A DNA stretch of 64,000 nt from an uncultured Lentisphaeria bacterium (GCA_903863035.1 CAIPAT010000167.1:1963-65962), one strand, 5' to 3'. Counted from the stretch's first letter, positions 54,981 through 63,818 are shown. Translations and numbers: made by a program. The notes: generated by a model from the sequence alone, not told the origin.

Positions 54981-57314
54981 TCAATAGCGATTATTCCTGT
55001 CCGGTTTTCTGTACGCTATCGCCAGGAGCATCAGCAGTGCAGCGATAGCCAGCAGCAGCAGTTTATCCGTTCCCAGCAGCGGCAGCAGGATGACCGCGGT
55101 GACAATTCCGCTGATCGCGCCGCCGATGTTATCCAGTGTTTCCAGCAGCGCCGCCGCGGACGTGTCGCCGCGTCCGCGCTGTTTAAAAATATATGCGGCG
55201 CGCGGCAGATAAGCACCGCTGAAAAATCCGGTACCCAGAAACAGCAGTGCGAAAATCCATACCGGCAGCGAACCGCAGGAGAGATGTCTGAGCAGCAGCA
55301 GAAATACTATAAAACCCGATGAGGCGGACACGAAAGAGCAGTATCTGCCCTGCCCCCGGTTTTGCAGAAAATCCGTAAGTCTGCCGCCGCAGAACAAGCC
55401 TAGCATAAAAAACGCGTTGACCAGTCCGAAATAGAGGAAAATCGAGCCTTTGTCCATTTGGAAAGCAAACATCAGCCAGATATTAATTGCCATGGCGATA
55501 ATCGAAACGAAAAACAGAATAAACAGCACATCAAAACTGTTGACGGTCATATCGCCTTCCGGACGGGAGTGCGCCGCCTGAACCCCCTGGCGGCGGCGGG
55601 TAAAACAGCGCAGTGCAATCCGCGAGACACCATACAGCGCCAGAACGATGATAGATACCGTAAGAATATCGCTGGAATAGAAGGTGATAGCGGCGGCTGG
55701 AAGTTGAACGCCGCCAAGTTTTTTGATTGAGAAAACCATCGTAAACAGACAGGCCAGCGGGTTGAGATCGGAACTCGACAGATTCTGTTTGCGGAGACGG
55801 CCGGCCGTCTCCTGATATTTGGTCATCTGCAAATCAACCCGCAGCGGATCGAACACCGTCTGCAAATACTGCGGCGGAAAGATATTGCTGAAATAGGAAA
55901 TCCCGTTTAACTGTTTTTCCAGGAGGGGCGCTGAATCGGAAACTTTGCCGGTTTTGAACGCCGCCCAGAAACAACTGTTTTCACCGGGCATTAACGCGAC
56001 CGCTGGAAACACCTGCTGTAGATTCAGCAGCAGCGAACCGCCGAGAAAAGCAATCTCCGGGCTCAGGTAATTTTCGCCGCCCTGAAACGATGCGCTGACA
56101 ATGCCGGATTCAGTCATGACCCGGCTGACAAGCTGATAAAATTCCTTGCTGAAATAGCGGTTCAAGCTGAGTGATGACGGTGCCGGAAAGCGCAGTATCA
56201 CCAGATCGAATTTATCGCCGGCTGTACGCAGATAATCTTTGATTTCAACGCCCGGAATTTTCATCTGCGCCGGAATGGTTTGAAACTGCTTCGGCAGCCG
56301 CCGCAGCAACGCCCCGGCGTAATCCGGATCAGGGTCCAGCCAGACTACCTGGCGGACGCTTTTTATCCCGCAAAATGTCCGGCTCAGATTAAACGTTCCG
56401 GGGCCGATAATGAGAATGCGTTCAGCCATCGGCTGCTGCGCCAGATTCAAAGCCGCGCATTGCAGCGCGGAATCGCGGTCGGCCAGGTTTTCGTAAACGG
56501 AATTCCAGCACAGCACGGTAAAGCTGCCGGAATAATCGCCGCAGATATATTTTGCCTGCGGCGTGAAAAAACTGCCGCTATATTCGCCGCCCGGCAGCAT
56601 CCTTGACCATTGTTTTTGATTTTCCGTCCGCTGCCATAAATTGCCGAATCCGGAAACAGCGGCAATCAGCGAGATTAACGCCATCGCCAATGCCGCCAGA
56701 TACGGCAGCAGCCGCCGGATGCCGCGACGGTTCTCCTCCGTCCGGAACATGTTCAGTCCCAGTGCTCCGGAAGTGATCGCGGCGGCCAGCAGAAAAATCG
56801 TTTCATCCGCGATGCCGGCGGCCAGCATGACCGTTACCGCCAGTGCGCCGCCGAATGAGCCCAGCGCCTCGATGATATACACTTTCACGGCGGGAACCGG
56901 CCCGGATTCCACCCACTTTACCGCCGAGACAAACAGCGCGCCGGTAATCAGGCTGACCGGGGCAGCAAACAATACCGCCGCGACAGCAAGTTTGCCCAGC
57001 GGAATGAGTTCATATTCCGCCACGCCCAGCAACTGCCGGGTATTGAGCAGCAGATATTTTTCCAGGATGAACGCGAACGGATACAGCAGCAGCAGATAGA
57101 CAAAGCAGAGCCGGGCAAATTTTGATACCGGCGGCAGCCAGGCGGCCAGTGCGCCGAAACAGATCCACAACAACCATGCAAACAGGAAAAGCCCGGCGGA
57201 GATTTCACTGCCGTCAAACACCGAAAGAAAATCGCGGAACAATAGCGACTGGACCAGCAGACTGAACATGCCGATACAGAAGATTGTACTTGATGTCAGG
57301 AGCTTGTTTCGCAT
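54981..57314 (-). CDS. Membrane-embedded spermidine-synthase-like protein (TM bundle, Rossmann methyl/aminopropyl-transferase fold, TM bundle)
   Basis: 777 aa. About 7 N-terminal TM helices are followed by a central RILIIGPGTFNLSRTF...VVWLDPDPDY...FDLVILRFPAPSS region (spermidine synthase-like) and further C-terminal TM helices. It resembles the 'fused MFS/spermidine synthase' family as I recall it. Confidence 0.7.
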   Translation of the reverse strand: MRNKLLTSSTIFCIGMFSLLVQSLLFRDFLSVFDGSEISAGLFLFAWLLWICFGALAAWLPPVSKFARLCFVYLLLLYPFAFILEKYLLLNTRQLLGVAEYELIPLGKLAVAAVLFAAPVSLITGALFVSAVKWVESGPVPAVKVYIIEALGSFGGALAVTVMLAAGIADETIFLLAAAITSGALGLNMFRTEENRRGIRRLLPYLAALAMALISLIAAVSGFGNLWQRTENQKQWSRMLPGGEYSGSFFTPQAKYICGDYSGSFTVLCWNSVYENLADRDSALQCAALNLAQQPMAERILIIGPGTFNLSRTFCGIKSVRQVVWLDPDPDYAGALLRRLPKQFQTIPAQMKIPGVEIKDYLRTAGDKFDLVILRFPAPSSLSLNRYFSKEFYQLVSRVMTESGIVSASFQGGENYLSPEIAFLGGSLLLNLQQVFPAVALMPGENSCFWAAFKTGKVSDSAPLLEKQLNGISYFSNIFPPQYLQTVFDPLRVDLQMTKYQETAGRLRKQNLSSSDLNPLACLFTMVFSIKKLGGVQLPAAAITFYSSDILTVSIIVLALYGVSRIALRCFTRRRQGVQAAHSRPEGDMTVNSFDVLFILFFVSIIAMAINIWLMFAFQMDKGSIFLYFGLVNAFFMLGLFCGGRLTDFLQNRGQGRYCSFVSASSGFIVFLLLLRHLSCGSLPVWIFALLFLGTGFFSGAYLPRAAYIFKQRGRGDTSAAALLETLDNIGGAISGIVTAVILLPLLGTDKLLLLAIAALLMLLAIAYRKPDRNNRY

Positions 57315-57581
57315 GTTATTTCACCGTATTTGTTTTTAAATGTCAAAGAAATTTGAATATCCAATATTCAAGTGGAGAAATACCGCTGGCGCGCATGCCT
57401 TTTCCAGGCAGTATTTATGTGCTTTAATAAGTATGATTGTCTTTTGTATTTACCTTTCCTTCATCAGCTGGTTATTTTCCCGCACTGCGGTATCCTGCTT
57501 TGCGGGACTGGATATTGGATATTTGTTTTTAACCCGTTACGCAATATGGAGAAGAACGCAAAACCGTAAAACTCAATTATG

Positions 57582-59114
57582 CTATTTCCGTTTTTCTTTT
57601 TCGCCGAAAACTATGGCCTGAAAGGTTTGGAATTCGGCGCCGCTTTTCCAGGCGTTTGCATCAAGCCCGGCCTTTTCCGCCAGATTCGACAACGTTTCCG
57701 CCAGATCCCAGCCCTGTTCCGGAGCGACCTGCGGCAGGAACACCGCCGAACGCCCGTCTTTTGACAGAATCACGCCGTCCCGGCCGATGACTATATCTTT
57801 ATAGGAATTGACTTTCACCGGCGGCGTCAGCGCGGATATTTCAATGTCAATCTCTTTGAGTTCCGAGGTGGTTACCGGACTGAAACGCCAGTCGTTCAGC
57901 GACGAATTCACCGCCTGGGCGGATACCGCCTGATACAACGGGCGGCGCGGCGGAATTTCACCGATGCAGCCGCGCAGCCGCGCATTTTTATGGAGGGTGA
58001 CAAACGCGCCCATTTTCTGCTTCATGGCCGGGGATATATTAACGCCGAGTTCATCAGGGTCCGGCACGGATTTTCCGGAGACGGCGTATTCGACGGTTTT
58101 CCGGGCAATCAGCAGCAGCGATTTCTTATCGGAGTCTCTCAATTCCGGGAGTTCGGCGTCCGCCGTTTTAACTTGAACCGGCGCCGGTTTCCAACTGCCG
58201 GTAAAAGCGACAGACGCATAGCTTACCGAGTGCGCGTAACTGCCGGTCATTCTGCCGGAAGTGTCATATTTCAGCAACCGGCCTTTACTGCCTTCCGGCA
58301 GCAGCGACAGCAGAACGCGGATGGGGTCCTGTCCGCAGACAGTCGCTCCGGTTTTCTGCAAATACCCGGAGAAACCGTCTTCATTGATTGCAACAATTTT
58401 TTCAATCGCCCCGTCATCCAGTTTCTTCAGCCTGTTTCCGGTCTGGAAGTCCAGCGGAAACGGCTCATAATCAAATGAAGATCCGTAGTGAGTAAAATCG
58501 GAACTGGCGATAATCAGTGTTTTATCATCGAGCAGCGGCGATATCGCGGCAACAATCTGCCGGATCGTCCGATCATCAAGCCGCCCCGTGACAATCGGGA
58601 CCAGCTTGAAGTTTTTCAACGCGATTTGCAACATGGGGATCTGAATATCCACGCTGTGTTCGGCAATATGCGCCTGCGGAATCGATTTACAAAAATCGTA
58701 CTTCAATATTTTATCGATAAATTCGCGGTCCAGTTCGACATCACCAAGCACGGTCCTGATATGCGTCTCCGACGGTATGCTCAGCCAGTTGTTCATCGAC
58801 TGCGAATGCGACGGTCCGAAAATAATCACCCGCCGGATCGCTTTGCCCGCGATTTCTTTAATGCCGCAAGCCGCGATTTTGCCGGAATAACGATATCCGG
58901 CGTGCGGTTGAATCAGTGCGATCACATTCTGCAACTCCGGGACTTTCGCATCCGCCAGGTCATTGCTGACCATTTTCGAAAGTTCCGCCGGATCGGCGGG
59001 ATACCAGCTGCCGGCCAGCGAGGATTCGAAGATGCGCTTTTCAGCCGCGAAACCGGCGAACGGCGCGACCGTCAGCAGCAGCAACAAACAGCATATGGCA
59101 TTCAGTGTTTTCAT
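57582..59114 (-). CDS. Fusion of AmmeMemoRadiSam system protein B (Memo) and protein A (AMMECR1) with an N-terminal Sec-type signal peptide
   Basis: The ATG at 59114 (MKTLNAICCLLLLLTVAPFAGFAAEK...) has AAGGAG about 11 nt upstream. The ORF-track start at 59123 is too close to the RBS. Memo motifs are GSWYP, QPHAGYRYSG, GPSH and SSDFTHYG. AMMECR1 motifs are GAFVTLHKNARLRGCIG and AVFLPQV. Confidence 0.85.
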   Translation of the reverse strand: MKTLNAICCLLLLLTVAPFAGFAAEKRIFESSLAGSWYPADPAELSKMVSNDLADAKVPELQNVIALIQPHAGYRYSGKIAACGIKEIAGKAIRRVIIFGPSHSQSMNNWLSIPSETHIRTVLGDVELDREFIDKILKYDFCKSIPQAHIAEHSVDIQIPMLQIALKNFKLVPIVTGRLDDRTIRQIVAAISPLLDDKTLIIASSDFTHYGSSFDYEPFPLDFQTGNRLKKLDDGAIEKIVAINEDGFSGYLQKTGATVCGQDPIRVLLSLLPEGSKGRLLKYDTSGRMTGSYAHSVSYASVAFTGSWKPAPVQVKTADAELPELRDSDKKSLLLIARKTVEYAVSGKSVPDPDELGVNISPAMKQKMGAFVTLHKNARLRGCIGEIPPRRPLYQAVSAQAVNSSLNDWRFSPVTTSELKEIDIEISALTPPVKVNSYKDIVIGRDGVILSKDGRSAVFLPQVAPEQGWDLAETLSNLAEKAGLDANAWKSGAEFQTFQAIVFGEKEKRK

Positions 59115-59299
59115 CCTCTCCATTCTCCTTGTTTTGCGATTGCCTTGAAATCTAGTTTTTTTATTTTCCCGGGATAGCGCCCGCCTCTTACGGCTTCAAT
59201 CACCCGTCGCGGCGCCGCTGTTGCAAACGCGCCGCATTTGGCGATCAGGCTGTACACATACAGCACCCCGGCAACCTTTATAAAATCTCGTCTTTTCAT
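59111..59299 (-). CDS. 62-aa ORF with a twin-arginine (Tat) signal-like N-terminus
   Basis: The sequence is MKRRDFIKVAGVLYVYSLIAKCGAFATAAPRRVIEAVRGGRYPGKIKKLDFKAIAKQGEWRG. Its ATG overlaps the radical-SAM stop (ATGA at 59296-59299). Its stop overlaps the Memo-AMMECR1 ATG (ATGA at 59111-59114). Confidence 0.5.
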   Translation of the reverse strand: MKRRDFIKVAGVLYVYSLIAKCGAFATAAPRRVIEAVRGGRYPGKIKKLDFKAIAKQGEWRG

Positions 59300-60267
59300 T
59301 TCCATACTCCATAAATTTTTTTGCCGCATTTGGGACATTTGCCATCGCTGAGATTATTTTCCATCATTACCATATTGTGCCGCCGGACCAGCTCGCCGCC
59401 GCAGCCCGGACAGAAAGTGCAGGTCCATTGTTCATTGAGAATATTGCCGACATAAACGTATTCCATGCCGGCGGCTTTCGCGATATCGCGGGCACGGCCC
59501 ATCGTCTCTTCAGAAGTCGGCGGCAGATTGCGCATCAGATAATAAGGAACGAATTTCAGAAAATGCAGCGGCGTGTCTTTGCCGAGATTATCTTTCACCC
59601 ATTTCACGAACGCGGACAGCATCGCGTCGCTGTCATTCAGCGTCGGGATGACGAGGTTGGAAACTTCCAGTTCCACACCCATTTCCTTCGTACTGATCAC
59701 CGTATCAAGGACCGGCGCCAGAGTGCTGCCGCAAACCTCCCGGTAGAACTTGTCCGACATGGCTTTTACATCAATAGTTGCCGCGTCGACATAGCGGCAC
59801 AGCTGGCGGTAAGGTTTGCGGTTGATGTAGCCGGCGGTAACCAGAATATTTTTCAATCCGGCTTCCCTGGCTTTGATGCTGCAGTCCAGGGCGTATTCAT
59901 AGTATGCCGCCGGGTCTGTATAAGTATATGAAATAGACGGACACTCGTAGCGTTTGGCCATCTGCACCAGCTGGTCCGGCGATACCTGACAGACGTCAAC
60001 CAGATGCGGCGGCGACTGCGAAATTTCCCAGTTCTGGCAATTCTTGCAATGCATGGTGCAGCCGACTGTCGCCATTGAAAAAGTTCTGGTTCCAGGCATA
60101 AAGTGAAACAGCGGTTTTTTCTCAACCGGATCGACATGCATTGAACACGGGAATCCATACGTTACCGCCAGCAGTTTCCCGTCAAGATTCACGCGGATAC
60201 GGCAATCTCCGCTCTGTCCCGGTTTGACCAGACACCCTCTGGGACACAGTTCACATTGAATATCCAT
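59296..60267 (-). CDS. AmmeMemoRadiSam system radical SAM enzyme
   Basis: I prefer the ATG at 60267 (MDIQCELCPRGC...), which is preceded by GGGAGAGGGG about 9 nt upstream. The CX3CX2C motif is GCTMHCKNCQNW. It has the N-terminal Cys-rich CELCPRGC...GDC and C-terminal CTFCPGCG...CPKCG clusters typical of this family. Confidence 0.9.
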   Translation of the reverse strand: MDIQCELCPRGCLVKPGQSGDCRIRVNLDGKLLAVTYGFPCSMHVDPVEKKPLFHFMPGTRTFSMATVGCTMHCKNCQNWEISQSPPHLVDVCQVSPDQLVQMAKRYECPSISYTYTDPAAYYEYALDCSIKAREAGLKNILVTAGYINRKPYRQLCRYVDAATIDVKAMSDKFYREVCGSTLAPVLDTVISTKEMGVELEVSNLVIPTLNDSDAMLSAFVKWVKDNLGKDTPLHFLKFVPYYLMRNLPPTSEETMGRARDIAKAAGMEYVYVGNILNEQWTCTFCPGCGGELVRRHNMVMMENNLSDGKCPKCGKKIYGVWK

Positions 60268-60461
60268 TTTGCGTTTCCCCTCTCCCGGCAGCATTTAATA
60301 AATTCAGCACCGGACCCGACTAACAAAATAAATCATTTTCCGCATAATGCAAATTATTGTGGAACCGCAGACAGCGGCTGCTGCAGTTTCAGCGAAGAAG
60401 GAACTATCAGTAATTTGAAAAATTTTTCAAATGAAAAATACAGCGTTGCATAAGGATAATA

Positions 60462-60550
60462 TACTCTCCACGGCTAAAAATTTAAGAATAGACGAGCAGG
60501 ATTGTGGATTTGTTTTTTTCGATCCGATTAACAGGCGGTATGAATATCGG
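60462..60550 (-). mobile_element. MITE copy D (about 90-bp half element, right-end type)
   Basis: tactctccacggctaaaaatttaagaatagacgagcaggattgtggatttgtttttttcgatccgattaacaggcggtatgaatatc matches the reverse complement of the right ~90 nt of copies B and C. TA lies at 60460-61. It is truncated next to the AraC gene stop. Confidence 0.6.
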
Positions 60551-60569
60551 GAGTCATCTTACTTCGATA

Positions 60570-61361
60570 TTAATGTTTAAATAAACTTGACGGCGAACAG
60601 CCGAAATGTCCGGAAAATTCGCGTGAGAATTCATGAATGCGCCCATACCCGAGATACTCGGCGATTTCGGAAACATTCATGCCGGACAACAACAGCAGCG
60701 CCCGGGCCTCTTCCATGCGCAGCGCTTTGAAATATTGAATCGGAGTTTTGCCGTTTACCCGGCGGCACAGCCGGATCAGGGAGGAGATGCTGATCCGGAA
60801 TTTATCGGATAATTCAACCAGCGAAGGACGGGAAATGTGTTTGCTTCTGATGTAGTGTTCTATCTCCGACCACGCCGCATCATAGCCGCCGGCTTGTTTC
60901 AAATCCGGCCGGATTTTCTGTATTTCGGCAAGAATGTTCAGCAGTGTTCCATGGGCCGCGTAGAGAGCGGTCCGCGGATTATTTTCAATACACACTTTCG
61001 ATAGTCTGCGAAAGTGACGGTCACACTTGCCGGGCGCCGGAAAAACCCGAAAATCCAATGGCAGCGGCTCGAAATCCGGCGCGGCAAATGCCACTGAATA
61101 AAACGCGGTATCTTTATAAAAATCACAGGCCACATCTTCTTCCTGATAATAGTAAATAATGTCGCCGGGCTTAACGTTATAACCCCGGCGGCTGATGACG
61201 ACATTATAATGTCCGGAAATCACATAATGAATCAGGTGTCCGGGGGTGGAGCGGGCAGTGGTTTTAAGTCCGGCACGGCGTTCAAATTTCCAGAATCCGG
61301 CAATATGCGTCAACGGGCAGCCTGCCGATAAAATCAACCCGGATGAAGATGTAAAATTCAT
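60570..61361 (-). CDS. AraC-family transcriptional regulator
   Basis: 263 aa. It has a cupin-like N-terminus and a C-terminal HTH pair (LVELSDKFRISISSLIRLC...VSEIAEYLGYGRIHEFSREFSGHFGCSPS). Confidence 0.85.
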   Translation of the reverse strand: MNFTSSSGLILSAGCPLTHIAGFWKFERRAGLKTTARSTPGHLIHYVISGHYNVVISRRGYNVKPGDIIYYYQEEDVACDFYKDTAFYSVAFAAPDFEPLPLDFRVFPAPGKCDRHFRRLSKVCIENNPRTALYAAHGTLLNILAEIQKIRPDLKQAGGYDAAWSEIEHYIRSKHISRPSLVELSDKFRISISSLIRLCRRVNGKTPIQYFKALRMEEARALLLLSGMNVSEIAEYLGYGRIHEFSREFSGHFGCSPSSLFKH

Positions 61362-61545
61362 ATTACCGCCTGTCGATTATTGCTAAATTAAGATTGTAAA
61401 TATACATATAATTTAGCATAATTACTAATAATGTATGACGATAATAGCGAAATAACCGCTTATTTTAGCTAAAGACTTTTACTAATATATAAACTATAAT
61501 AATGGCGAATAGTGAATGGTGAAAATTACGACCAGGGAGAAAATC

Positions 61546-62688
61546 ATGAACAGAAAAGAACGTTTATACAATACCTTTCAAGGAAAAAGCGTAGACCGGC
61601 CGGCGGTTAATTTCTATGAGATCAACGGCTATTCTGAAAACCCGGACGATCCGGATAAATACAACATTTACAGCGATCCCAGCTGGAAACCGCTGATCGA
61701 TCTGGCCAGAGAGAAAACCGACCGCATGGTATGGACCAGCGCCGCTGTCATCGCAGACGGCAAACGCGTAGACTTTTATCCTCCCGGCATTGAATCAACC
61801 AGAACAGAAGAAATCGGCGATAGCCGGCACACGTATACAACAATAAAAGTCGCGAAAAAAACACTGACAAGTCATAACATCAGAGAAAAGGACGTCAATA
61901 CCAGCTGGTGCGTGGAACATCTGATCAAAGACCTGGACGATTTAAAGGCATGGACGGCGATTCCGGATAGTGTATTTCAAGGAGTTGCGGACATCTCAAA
62001 GATAGTGCAGATGGAAAGAGATCTGGGCGATACTGGATGCCCAATGCCGGACCTGGCCGATCCGCTATGCATGGTTGCGTATAATATGGCAATGGAAGAT
62101 TATACGGTGCTTGCCATGACCGAAGAGAAGACTTTCCGTGAAGCGCTCGACAAAGCCGCCAGGTATATTTTCTGGCTGACGGAACAGCTCACTGCCGCCC
62201 TGCCCGGACGCGTCTGGAGAATTGTCGGACCGGAGTTTGCGGGGGTCCCTTATCTGCCGCCGTCGCTGTTTCATGAATATGTTTATAATTACGATAAAAC
62301 CATGGTTGAAATCGTGAATAAATCCGGCGGCTATGCCAGGCTTCACTGTCATGGCAATTTGAGGTCAATTCTCGACGATATCGCCGCCACCGGCTGCATG
62401 GGAATCGACCCCGTGGAACCGCCGCCGCAGGGCGATGCGGAACTCTCATATGTCAGAGAAAAATACGGTAAAAAGCTGGTACTTTTCGGCAATCTGGAAG
62501 CTTCAGATATTGAAAATCTGAAACCGGAATTGTTCCGTGAAAAAGTTAAGACCGCGCTGGAGGAAGGCACGCGCGGCAACGGCCGCGGATTCGTGTTGAT
62601 TCCGTCTGCCTGCCCTTACGGCAGAAAACTGTCTTCGACTGCAATGAAAAACTACGAAGTAATGATTGAAGAAATTGAGCGTTTCTAA
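61546..62688 (+). CDS. Uroporphyrinogen-decarboxylase (URO-D) family protein (function unknown; methyltransferase/decarboxylase-like)
   Basis: The ATG at 61546 is preceded by AGGGAGA. RLHCHGNLRSILDDIAATGCMGIDPVEPPPQGD...LVLFGNLE resembles URO-D/MtaA-family C-terminal strands. Recognised from memory. Confidence 0.65.
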   Translation: MNRKERLYNTFQGKSVDRPAVNFYEINGYSENPDDPDKYNIYSDPSWKPLIDLAREKTDRMVWTSAAVIADGKRVDFYPPGIESTRTEEIGDSRHTYTTIKVAKKTLTSHNIREKDVNTSWCVEHLIKDLDDLKAWTAIPDSVFQGVADISKIVQMERDLGDTGCPMPDLADPLCMVAYNMAMEDYTVLAMTEEKTFREALDKAARYIFWLTEQLTAALPGRVWRIVGPEFAGVPYLPPSLFHEYVYNYDKTMVEIVNKSGGYARLHCHGNLRSILDDIAATGCMGIDPVEPPPQGDAELSYVREKYGKKLVLFGNLEASDIENLKPELFREKVKTALEEGTRGNGRGFVLIPSACPYGRKLSSTAMKNYEVMIEEIERF

Positions 62689-63122
62689 ATTCAATGAATT
62701 TCCAATCAATCAGACCGCGCTGTTTTACAGATATGTTCGTGTCATCATGAATGATTTTTAAACACCGGGCCAATGGTATTTAACGACCCGTTGAAACATC
62801 TGGCATATTATCATTTTTTGTGCTTAAAATTCATGTTTTTGCATGCCTGCTGTCATCACCTTTTTACGCACGTGAAAACACTGAAAATTCCCTGTTGCGG
62901 ATAGAGAAATCAGTGATATTAATGACATCGCGGACATCATCACTTTTTTATTGTTGCAAAACACATGTAAAATATCATAAAATTCTTTAATTTTTTTATA
63001 AAAATAATTACCGCCATCATTTTTCTGCCGTTTGAGGCAAAAAAATAACAATCTTTTTTGAGCTTAAATTTAGTCAGGCAAAATAATATTTTCATATTTT
63101 TTTAATGATTTAATATTTTTAT

Positions 63123-63150
63123 TTGACATTGATTTAAAACTTGTTATATT
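63123..63150 (+). promoter_or_regulatory. Sigma-70-like promoter for the histone-like gene
   Basis: TTGACA (63123-63128), a 16-nt spacer, then TATATT (63145-63150). The RBS GAGAGG lies about 7 nt before the ATG at 63183. Confidence 0.45.
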
Positions 63151-63182
63151 CATTATAACCAACAACTTTAGAGAGGTGTGCT

Positions 63183-63527
63183 ATGGTTAAAAAAGTAATG
63201 GCTCCCAAGAGTGCTCCCAAGGCTACCAAACCCGCAGCGAAACCCGTCGCAAAACCCGTCGTCAAAAAGGTCATTGCCAAGCCCGTTGTAAAGGCTGTCG
63301 CAAAACCTGTCGTCAAGAAGGCTGTTGCAAAGCCCGTTGTCAAAAAGGCTGTCGCTAAGCCTGTTGTCAAGAAGGCTGTCGCAAAGCCCGTTGTCAAGAA
63401 GGCCGTCGCTAAGCCTGCTGTTAAGGCTGCTGCAAAGCCCGTTGTCAAAAAGGCTGTCGCTAAGCCTGTTGTAAAAGCTGCCGCTAAACCGGTTGCTAAG
63501 AAGCCGGCCGCGAAGGCCAAAAAGTAA
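63183..63527 (+). CDS. Histone H1-like / Hc1-like Lys-Ala-Pro repeat nucleoid protein
   Basis: 114 aa made almost entirely of AKPVVKKAV nonapeptide repeats. It has a strong promoter, RBS and terminator. The composition is like chlamydial Hc1/Hc2 and AlgP-type KPAA proteins. Confidence 0.8.
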   Translation: MVKKVMAPKSAPKATKPAAKPVAKPVVKKVIAKPVVKAVAKPVVKKAVAKPVVKKAVAKPVVKKAVAKPVVKKAVAKPAVKAAAKPVVKKAVAKPVVKAAAKPVAKKPAAKAKK

Positions 63528-63546
63528 GACACTTGTCTTATGAGAT

Positions 63547-63580
63547 ACCCCGGTGTTGTAAAATACCGGGGTTCTTTTTT
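63547..63580 (+). terminator. Rho-independent terminator after the histone-like gene
   Basis: An 8-bp stem accccggt/accggggt has a 10-nt loop and is followed by tcTTTTTT. Confidence 0.8.
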
Positions 63581-63744
63581 GTACTCAAAAACCCGCTTTA
63601 TCACTTTATTCTCTTCTGTCAGGTCATCACGATTTACCATTTCAAAAAAGCCTCAGCGCAAGATGAAAAATCATGATCAAAGCCGCATTATAATTTTATT
63701 TTATCTCAGCTTTTTATTGCCGTTTAAATCATTAATTCTTTATA

Positions 63745-63818
63745 TACTCTACAGGGCTGAAAATTTAACAATAGACGCTCGTCCCGCAATCTATGTTAAT
63801 TTTTCAACCTTATGAGTA
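63745..63818 (-). mobile_element. MITE copy E (74-bp internally deleted mini element retaining both TIRs)
   Basis: The sequence is tactctacagggctgaaaatttaacaatagacg...gcaatctatgttaatttttcaaccttatgagta. Both ends match the family TIRs and sub-terminal sequence. TA flanks lie at 63743-44 and 63819-20. Confidence 0.6.

Noticed and set aside
59111-59338. The longer 75-aa version of the small ORF starting at 59338
   Set aside because: That start lies inside the radical SAM coding region. The ATG at 59299 gives the ATGA overlap with the rSAM stop and puts the RR motif at the expected distance from the N-terminus.
62824-63051. 75-aa minus-strand ORF in the AT-rich spacer upstream of the histone-like gene
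   Set aside because: The region is AT-rich and promoter-like. The ORF has no RBS and a Lys/Phe/Ile-biased sequence typical of random AT-rich ORFs.
63235-63500. Regular short tandem repeats that could be mistaken for a CRISPR array
   Set aside because: The repeats are contiguous 27-nt units without unique spacers and lie inside a coding sequence. No cas genes are present in the window.
63134-63640. 168-aa minus-strand ORF (GFATAFLTTG repeats) opposite the histone-like gene
   Set aside because: It is the mirror image of the 27-nt coding repeat. The plus-strand gene has the promoter, RBS and terminator, and the minus ORF has none. It is a low-complexity artefact.
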